Positions 25,781-32,000 of a DNA stretch of 32,000 nucleotides are shown piece by piece. The notes under the pieces are model-generated. The model did not search any database. It was not told where the DNA came from and saw nothing but the letters and a program-made list of their open reading frames with translations. Numbering within the stretch: the stretch's first letter is position 1; every line of letters starts with the position of its first letter. Position numbers and translations under genes: made by a program. The stretch covers positions 570,001-602,000 of the forward strand of contig NC_017459.1 of NCBI RefSeq assembly GCF_000237865.1, written 5' to 3'. The DNA comes from Haloquadratum walsbyi C23. GTDB lineage: Archaea > Halobacteriota > Halobacteria > Halobacteriales > Haloferacaceae.

Positions 25781-25790
25781 ATATAAATTA
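25781..25790 (+). promoter_or_regulatory. Candidate TATA box (ATATAAATTA) for purT
   Basis: It is centred about 25 nt upstream of ATG 25811. This is consistent with a leaderless purT mRNA starting at that ATG. Confidence 0.3.
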
Positions 25791-25810
25791 CTTGATTAGA
25801 TTGATCCTCA

Positions 25811-27058
25811 ATGTCCAGGGAATTTTTACCATTGCTTTCCGAGTCATTGAGTATGCCACCTGCTCATGGGAATCGCCTGGGGACACCAGAAAGTCCAAAC
25901 GCTACGACACTGCTGTTACTTGGAAGCGGAGAACTTGGAAAAGAGGTCGTCCTTGCAGCCCAACGATTGGGGATAGAAACGGTTGCTGTCGACCGATATG
26001 AACATGCACCAGCGATGCAGGTCGCACATCGGGACTACATAATTGATATGACCGATGCAACTGCACTCCGAGAGGTCGTCCAGCAAGAGGATCCCACAAT
26101 TATTATTCCGGAAATCGAGGCTATTGCGACCGATGAGCTGAAACGATTAGAAACACAGGGCTACGATGTCGTACCGACGGCTCAGGCGACTCGACTGACG
26201 ATGGATCGTGAGTGGATCCGTGAATTTGCTGCTGAGGAAGTCGGTGTTACAACAAGTGAGTATGCCTTCGCTGATAATTATGACACATACCGCAAAGCGG
26301 TCGAGGATATCGGGATCCCAGTCGTTGTCAAGCCCACGATGTCATCATCAGGGAAAGGACAATCAATTGTGCGTGAAAGCGCCGAAATCAATGGCGCTTG
26401 GGAGACCGCCCGAGCAGGATCACGGTCGGATACCGGTCGTGTCATTATTGAAGAACTTGTTGAGTTTGACTCCGAGTTCACACTCCTCACAGTTCGTCAT
26501 GCCGACGGAACGACATTCTGTCCCCCCGTCGGACATACACAACAAGACGGTGATTATCGAACAAGTTGGCAGCCACATTCATTGACAACTGAACAACGAA
26601 CAACCGCGCAGCAGATGGCTCAGAAAGTAACAGATGGGCTCGGTGGATATGGCATTTTTGGCGTCGAATTCTTTGTGCAGGATGGAACAGTGATCTTCAG
26701 CGAACTCTCACCACGACCACACGACACCGGATTAGTAACACTAAGCTCTCAGCGATTAAGCCAGTTTGATCTCCATCTGCGCGCCATTCTCGGTCTCCCG
26801 ATACCTGACATCGATGTTGAGCGCCCAGGTGCAAGCGCAGCATTAGTCGTTGATGAACCACTTACCCGACCTGCGTTCACCGGAGTTGATGAGGCGTTAT
26901 CAATGTCTGACGTTGATATACGATTGTTCGGTAAGCCTGAGGCCTATCCTGGTCGACGAATGGGAGCTGCCGTTGCAACTGCTATCGATATTGAGATGGC
27001 ACAAGAGCGGGCTTCAGAAGCCGTTGATTGTATTCACGTTAGTGATGATAAGACGTGA
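25811..27058 (+). CDS. purT: Formate-dependent phosphoribosylglycinamide formyltransferase (GAR transformylase 2, PurT)
   Basis: It is collinear with the E. coli PurT sequence as I remember it. Matching blocks include LGTPESPNATTLLLLGSGELGKEV, VAVDRYEHAPAMQVAHR, IIPEIEAIATD, VVVKPTMSSSGKGQS, PVGHTQQDGDYRTSWQP, GVEFFV, SPRPHDTG and RLFGKP. An alternative start is ATG 25853 (MPPAHGN...). Confidence 0.95.
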   Translation: MSREFLPLLSESLSMPPAHGNRLGTPESPNATTLLLLGSGELGKEVVLAAQRLGIETVAVDRYEHAPAMQVAHRDYIIDMTDATALREVVQQEDPTIIIPEIEAIATDELKRLETQGYDVVPTAQATRLTMDREWIREFAAEEVGVTTSEYAFADNYDTYRKAVEDIGIPVVVKPTMSSSGKGQSIVRESAEINGAWETARAGSRSDTGRVIIEELVEFDSEFTLLTVRHADGTTFCPPVGHTQQDGDYRTSWQPHSLTTEQRTTAQQMAQKVTDGLGGYGIFGVEFFVQDGTVIFSELSPRPHDTGLVTLSSQRLSQFDLHLRAILGLPIPDIDVERPGASAALVVDEPLTRPAFTGVDEALSMSDVDIRLFGKPEAYPGRRMGAAVATAIDIEMAQERASEAVDCIHVSDDKT

Positions 27059-27178
27059 ATCGTCCGTGATTGCCTCCACAAAAATCGGCTTATTATATCT
27101 GAAATCTGTTGAATGAGAATTACCACCCAGATACCGAGCTTTATTATGGGTTTGTGGATCACCACTCATGATTGATGC

Positions 27179-28873
27179 TTACTCAGACATCAAATCAGAG
27201 GTATCAATATGTGAGATAAGTTGTTCATGAACCGAACCATTGCTTGCAAGTAATGGTGTTCGCTGGTCAGTCGCATTGAAGCTCAATTCATATGATGACC
27301 CATACTGATCCGTCGTTTTCCCACCAACCTCTCGGAGCAAACAGAGTCCAGCCGCAACATCCCACGGATGTGTGTCATGCTCCCAAACTGCATCGGCACT
27401 TCCAGACGCAACATATGCAAGATTGAGCGCAGCACTTCCTAATCGACGAACACCCTGTGTCTCATGATAAAACGCCTGCAAAAACTCACCGCTAGGGTCA
27501 TATCCAGAGAGTAACATGCTTTCATCAAGCTGACTTCTCGATGTTGGTTCTATTTTATGATCATTCTGGTATGCACCTCTTCCATCAATAGCATAAAACA
27601 TATCCGCGGGTTCTGGTGCGTATACAACACCGACAACCGGAATTCTATCCTTCAGCAGTGCAATTGAAATCGAGTAATTTGGGTTTCCATGAGCGAAATT
27701 TCCAGTCCCATCGAGCGGGTCGATAATCCATGCATAGCCCTCTGTAGGGACAGTTTGATCATTTTCCTCAGATTGTACAATGTGATCAGGAAATTCACTA
27801 TTGATGGCTGTTTCGATGATATCATTTGCTTGATAATCTGCTTCGGTGACGATATCTGACTTGTCAGTTTTATATTGAATATTCTCTACTTGTCCATGAA
27901 GTTCCTGAAGTGGCTCACCAGCAGACCGAGCAGCTTCTCTCGCGACGCGCGCAGCGCGCTCTTTGAAATCTGATGATGTAATATTGTCTTCAAGCGCTGA
28001 TCGGGGACCATCATTATCGACGGTTCGAAGACCCCAATCAAGTTTATCAACCATCGCAGTTATAAATGCATCATCATACGGTGTGCGGACAGTCTGAACC
28101 GGTTGATTTGCACCAGAGATATGCACAACAGTATCTGATTCGAGTCGCTCGAACTGCCGCCCTCCATCAATGTCTATGTCAAAGTCAGAATCGAGAACGA
28201 TATCGATCTCTGAATCTTGACTGACAACTATCGGGTCGACTGCCGCGCTGATTGTCTCATGCGGAATTATCTGCAGCGTTCGGTTGTTTTGCGGATAATG
28301 GACTGGACCACCGTTCGAGTATGCTCGCCCAGTGCTTCCTGTTGGGGTTGAAACAATCAGCCCGCTGCCGAAGTATTTACCAACATACTCCTTATCGACA
28401 AATACATGTAGTGATCCAACCTTCGTCCCATAGCGGTCTTCTGGCGGATGTTTTTGTAAAAACATCTCATTGATACCTGTTGTGTTGATATCTCCGGCAG
28501 TGACCTCATACTGCTGTCTTGCGTTAATTGATGCTCGCCCACGGTAGACAGCTGTTAATGCATCCTCAACGTCAAGTGGCTCAACACGAGCTAAAAATGC
28601 TAATGTGCCAGAGTTGATTCCCATCAGTGGGATCTGGAATGGAGCAAACGACCGAGCGGCTTCCAGAAACGTTCCATCACCACCAATTGAAATTCCAAGT
28701 GTTGTTTTCTCTCGTTCGATATGCTCATCAGTTATATCTTCACCGACGTCAAGAACGGTCAATCCAATGTCATTCGATTTCGCCCATGATTCGACCATAT
28801 CTATAATCTTCGCACTTTCTGGTGCTGCCAGTCCAACGATCTCATCGAGCGTAGCAAGGCGTCTCCCGTGCAT
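27179..28873 (-). CDS. Bifunctional fusion of an N-terminal NAD kinase and a C-terminal inositol-monophosphatase-family phosphatase (possible NADP phosphatase)
   Basis: NAD kinase motifs are ISIGGDGTFL, GINSGTLAFLA and LIVSTPTGSTGRAYSNGGP. IMPase-family motifs are IVQSEEN, WIIDPLDGTGNFAHG and HPWDVAAG. Confidence 0.9.
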   Translation of the reverse strand: MHGRRLATLDEIVGLAAPESAKIIDMVESWAKSNDIGLTVLDVGEDITDEHIEREKTTLGISIGGDGTFLEAARSFAPFQIPLMGINSGTLAFLARVEPLDVEDALTAVYRGRASINARQQYEVTAGDINTTGINEMFLQKHPPEDRYGTKVGSLHVFVDKEYVGKYFGSGLIVSTPTGSTGRAYSNGGPVHYPQNNRTLQIIPHETISAAVDPIVVSQDSEIDIVLDSDFDIDIDGGRQFERLESDTVVHISGANQPVQTVRTPYDDAFITAMVDKLDWGLRTVDNDGPRSALEDNITSSDFKERAARVAREAARSAGEPLQELHGQVENIQYKTDKSDIVTEADYQANDIIETAINSEFPDHIVQSEENDQTVPTEGYAWIIDPLDGTGNFAHGNPNYSISIALLKDRIPVVGVVYAPEPADMFYAIDGRGAYQNDHKIEPTSRSQLDESMLLSGYDPSGEFLQAFYHETQGVRRLGSAALNLAYVASGSADAVWEHDTHPWDVAAGLCLLREVGGKTTDQYGSSYELSFNATDQRTPLLASNGSVHEQLISHIDTSDLMSE

Positions 28874-28982
28874 AAAAATAATGACGGTTTATATCCCATT
28901 AACTTCATTGGATGTCTCCTACAATAATATGGACCTATACGAGAGCACTATGATATGCACATTGCGAACATACAGACCAGTA

Positions 28983-29048
28983 CAGTATCATATCCCACAT
29001 TCGATAATAGATTATCAACATGCAGTATAGTATCATAGCACATTCAAT
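28983..29048. promoter_or_regulatory. Imperfect direct repeat in a divergent promoter region; candidate regulator binding sites
   Basis: CAGTATCATATCCCACATTCGAT (28983-29005) and TAGTATCATAGCACATTCAAT (29028-29048) lie between the divergently oriented NAD kinase fusion and RidA-family genes. Confidence 0.25.
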
Positions 29049-29125
29049 CTTGATTCTGCCAAGCGCGATGAGTCATCTATACAGTTCAGGGCTACTCTCT
29101 TGTTGATGGCGCGTTCAACTGTAGT

Positions 29126-29527
29126 ATGGAGCGTCAGCGTGCCTCAACTGGCACAGAATGGGAAACACAGAATGGTTACTCACGAGCGCTTCGAGCCGGA
29201 AACACCATTTATATCGCTGGGACAACAGCAGTTGATCTAGACGGAAATGTTGTTGCCGAAGGAGACCCGTACGCTCAGACCCAACATATTCTAGATATCA
29301 TCGCGGATGCACTTGCGGACGTCGGTGCGAATCTTGACGATGTTGTGCGGACACGAATGTATATCACCGATATCGCTCATCAAGATGCTGTTGGGCGCGC
29401 ACATGGTGAGATTTTTGCAGATATCCGACCAGCTGCGACCATGCTACAAATTGAGGGACTCGCCAAACCAGAACTTCTTGTAGAAATTGAAGCCGAAGCA
29501 AAACTAGAGGACATAAACGGATCTTGA
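29126..29527 (+). CDS. RidA/YjgF/UK114 (Rid) family protein
   Basis: 133 aa. The family pattern is visible in GNTIYIAGTTAVDLDGNVV, DPYAQTQHILDIIADALADVGANLDDVVRTRMYITD and PAATMLQIEGLAKPELLVEIEAEA. Confidence 0.85.
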   Translation: MERQRASTGTEWETQNGYSRALRAGNTIYIAGTTAVDLDGNVVAEGDPYAQTQHILDIIADALADVGANLDDVVRTRMYITDIAHQDAVGRAHGEIFADIRPAATMLQIEGLAKPELLVEIEAEAKLEDINGS

Positions 29528-29887
29528 TATCCATCACATGACGTGAAAACCGTGTAGTCCATCAAATGAACCCTCTCACGGTGATCCGGTTTGTCCCGAT
29601 TCATAAGAACGAGAAATTGGATCTTCCTGACCAAATCGAAATAGAATCCCGGTGAGAATTGTCGTTTGCGTAAGAATGCAATTGTGCAATCGTAGGTGAT
29701 GATATCACTCCAGTATATCATGACTATCCGCACCGTGGTCGAATCGGATGAGAGAGGGTCGATATCACGGAAAACGGTATTTTAACACATTCGACCCTGT
29801 TAAAATATCATCAAATATCGCCCATCGAACCGATACCAACACCATCGCTGGTCACGAACCTATTGGTAATTGTTTTAGCTGAATACA

Positions 29888-30392
29888 GGCGCTAAGCCCC
29901 CTCCCTCAAGGAGCACCGCAGTCCGCGCGAGCGGACAAGGAGCGCAGTAGGGAGGGAAGGGGATACAGCGCCGTCATCATCTAGTTGTACACTGTGCGTC
30001 GGCAGACTCGCCTATGTAAGCAGTTATATTGTCGGACACCGGACAAGAAAAGTAAGACGGGTGTTCCGATCTGTCGGCTTCGATTCGCTCGTCGTTCCAT
30101 TCGGAACGACTCGCTCCGTGCGAGGCTGACGGACAGGGATAGCGTTCAAACGCGACAAGAAGCGTGCGTTGCCCCACGGAATCACCCCGTCGAGCAACTA
30201 GGAGTGGGACACCCCGAAGAAACGTCCCCAGAAATCGGAGATTTCTGGTTCTGGTGTGCGAACGGATCGCCCCGCGATTCGTCAACGCCTGTGGAGACTG
30301 CACTCCCTGTGGATACACCTGTATCTGCAAAGTATGTCGTAGAAGCAGGAAGCCCCGCCCTCAGCGAGGCCGTCAGGCCGAGCAGGGCGGGG
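29888..30392. other. GC-rich, hairpin-dense noncoding island. Candidate structured ncRNA or MITE remnant; strand unknown.
   Basis: The only ORFs here are basic, overlapping ones on both strands. Perfect stems can be read directly. A compound hairpin spans 29888-29972: outer GGCGCT/AGCGCC, middle CTCCCT/AGGGAG, inner GTCCGC-GCGA-GCGGAC with a GNRA loop. Other stems are GTCGTTCC-ATTC-GGAACGAC (30091-30110), CCAGAAATC-GGA-GATTTCTGG (30228-30248) and CCCCGCCCT...AGGGCGGGG (30353-30392). Confidence 0.3.
30353..30392 (-). terminator. GC-rich stem-loop immediately downstream of the MFS transporter stop codon
   Basis: A 9-bp perfect stem (CCCCGCCCT / AGGGCGGGG) with a 22-nt loop ends 5 nt from the stop at 30397-30399. 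No adjacent oligo-T tract is present, so a terminator role is uncertain. Confidence 0.25.
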
Positions 30393-30396
30393 TAGT

Positions 30397-31629
30397 TCAC
30401 GATGGTGCCATATCGATCCCAGATTCAGACATTCGCCAGACAGAGAATCCCCCTGCGACGCCAAGGCTGCCGGCAAACCAGAGTATTATTACATAACTAC
30501 CAGTGATTGCAACAAGTTCACCGGCGATGACAGGCGCGACAAATGACCCCAGCCAACCAGCAACACTCGCAATCGAGACGGCTGTGCCGGCAGCCTTTGG
30601 ATCAACAAATTCCTGTGCTGACTGGTACAGTAGTCCAATTTGAAGTTGAATGACTACTCCCGCCAAAATGAGCATCATGACCAATATGGTGACGCTGATT
30701 GTGTAAAAAAGAGCAACCGTGACCACGATAGCACCAACAAACGATGCGGCGAAGATAGGTCGTCGACGCTGATTCAATACAACATCCGAGACCCATCCAC
30801 CAACTGGTCGGGCAATAATACCAACAGCTGGGAATAAGGCAACAAATGTCCCGCTCTCCGCCAATGAAATATCAAACTGCTGGATAATATATGTAGGCAT
30901 CCATGAATTGAATACCATATATAATGAGTATGCAAGGACAGTAACAATAACAATAGACCAGATATTTCGATTAACAAACACCTGTCTGAATTCAGCAAAT
31001 GTAGGTGATTCAGCCGGCGTTTCAAACCGAGTGACATTCCCAACCGCAAAATAAAATACAACTGACGATACCAGAACCGCTGCGCCAAAGAGTGGAAACA
31101 CGCCTGGCCAGCCGACGATTTCGGCAACACGGGGGGCGCTAAATTGCCCGAGCGCGTATCCTGCTGGGTATCCAGAGATAATCACCGATGTTGCCGTTGC
31201 CCGTCGGGTTGGTGGAACAGTACTTGATGCAACATTGATACAAACAACCCATAAGACAAACATTCCAGCACCAGCGAACAGCCGCGAAGCAATGAGTAAC
31301 AGTATGTTTCCTGCGCCGCCGGCAAACCAATCACCCACACTCCCGATAAGAAGTACAACAGCAGCGGCAGGGACAACGCCACGAGTTTGGACACGGTCGA
31401 GGTATAGCCCGACTGGTATGCCAACAACTGTTGCTGTAACCTGTGGCATCGAGACAAGGGCTGCAGCCGTGGCTTCGGTGATATCGAGGTCGTTCATAAC
31501 TACTGTGAGAATACTCGCTGGAGTGATGAGATATGAGCCGACGAATAACAGCACCAGCCACCCAGTTGCGATGGTGACAACACGCCAGAATATTATACTT
31601 GTCTTCTCTGTCGACTCAAAAACCTCCAT
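30397..31629 (-). CDS. Major facilitator superfamily (MFS) transporter, about 12 TM helices
   Basis: A 410-aa hydrophobic protein with a 6+6 helix organisation and a central loop (TRFETPAESPTFAEFRQVFVNRN). An MFS-like loop 2-3 motif is GLYLDRVQTRG. Confidence 0.8.
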   Translation of the reverse strand: MEVFESTEKTSIIFWRVVTIATGWLVLLFVGSYLITPASILTVVMNDLDITEATAAALVSMPQVTATVVGIPVGLYLDRVQTRGVVPAAAVVLLIGSVGDWFAGGAGNILLLIASRLFAGAGMFVLWVVCINVASSTVPPTRRATATSVIISGYPAGYALGQFSAPRVAEIVGWPGVFPLFGAAVLVSSVVFYFAVGNVTRFETPAESPTFAEFRQVFVNRNIWSIVIVTVLAYSLYMVFNSWMPTYIIQQFDISLAESGTFVALFPAVGIIARPVGGWVSDVVLNQRRRPIFAASFVGAIVVTVALFYTISVTILVMMLILAGVVIQLQIGLLYQSAQEFVDPKAAGTAVSIASVAGWLGSFVAPVIAGELVAITGSYVIILWFAGSLGVAGGFSVWRMSESGIDMAPS

Positions 31630-32000
31630 ACTATTGTTGGATTGAGGTCTGAGGAAATTCTATCGATTCGGCGAATATACGGGGCAGTTGATGACTGGGA
31701 ACTGGGAACTGAAGCCACCCCATGACTATTAACAGAAAGTCGCCTGCTGGAGCGAGAGTTCGGATATATTATCGACAGTCATCAATCCCGCTCCAGCATA
31801 GAACGAATGTCAGTGGTTCTTTGATGTTCAAAGGTGATAAAGAATAATCCAGCCCTAGTCTCAGCCTCAGTCAACCACAAGATCATCCACCTCCACAGTA
31901 TCGGGACGTAACACAATATCTAGCCGTCTTTGCTATTTATGCTACGACACGGATTCAGACTCGAATTCGACACACATTATCCAAACTTTCCTGTGATATA

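Noticed and set aside
29380-29733. ORF 29380..29733 (-) as a gene
   Set aside because: Its 3' half is antisense to the well-supported RidA-family gene, and the product is basic and aromatic-rich with no recognisable motif.
29888-30392. Identifying the GC-rich island as RNase P RNA or SRP (7S) RNA
   Set aside because: Neither strand contains the near-invariant RNase P CR-I GGAAAGUCC motif. The GUCAGGCCGAGCAGG segment lacks the SRP helix-8 GGAA/AGCA pattern. The identity remains unknown.
29977-30496. ORFs 29977..30330 (-), 29985..30395 (+) and 30164..30496 (+) as genes
   Set aside because: They overlap each other on both strands in a GC-rich region. The products are Arg-rich and basic with no motifs, which is typical of spurious ORFs in GC-rich noncoding DNA.
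31940-32000. Possible start of a plus-strand gene (ATG 31940, MLRHGFRLEFDTHYPNFPVI...) running off the right edge
   Set aside because: Only 20 codons are visible, with no motif and no clear promoter spacing. This cannot be supported from the window.
1-32000. CRISPR arrays, rRNA genes, transposase/integrase genes and known defence systems
   Set aside because: By eye, I found no regularly spaced direct repeats of CRISPR type, no rRNA-like conserved stretches, and no ORF with DDE, HUH, TnpB, integrase or common defence-system motifs.

Overview
This looks like a haloarchaeal chromosome segment. The predicted proteins are strongly acidic, TATA-like boxes sit about 25-35 nt upstream of several start codons (leaderless-type), and the DNA is fairly AT-rich. 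This would fit a Haloquadratum-like genome, but that is inference only.

The right-hand part (18.9-32 kb) is ordinary housekeeping: mutS, an SDR oxidoreductase, an AstE/AspA-family deacylase, a DMT/EamA transporter, purT, an NAD kinase-IMPase fusion, a RidA-family protein and an MFS transporter.

The left-hand 18.6 kb (1-18602) is the interesting part. It holds eleven co-directional minus-strand genes, mostly translationally coupled. Three are mutually divergent tubulin/FtsZ-superfamily GTPases (6217-7449, 11627-12916, 14748-16634). The third carries an N-terminal C2H2-like zinc knuckle and a long S/N/D-rich linker. Each sits next to large membrane-anchored proteins with long acidic helical regions, predicted cytoplasmic beta modules or extracytoplasmic beta-rich domains. 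The cluster ends at the window edge in a secreted multi-module protein. I see no DNA-partition, phage or canonical division partners. I read this as a candidate uncharacterised trans-envelope tubulin-based cytoskeletal or membrane-remodelling system.

Two other things stand out. A roughly 180-220 bp noncoding repeat family has two inverted copies, one inside the cluster. A GC-rich, hairpin-dense noncoding island lies at about 29.9-30.4 kb.

I recognised no rRNA, tRNA, CRISPR array or transposase gene. Several ORF-track entries are over-extended at the 5' end, and I give corrected starts.
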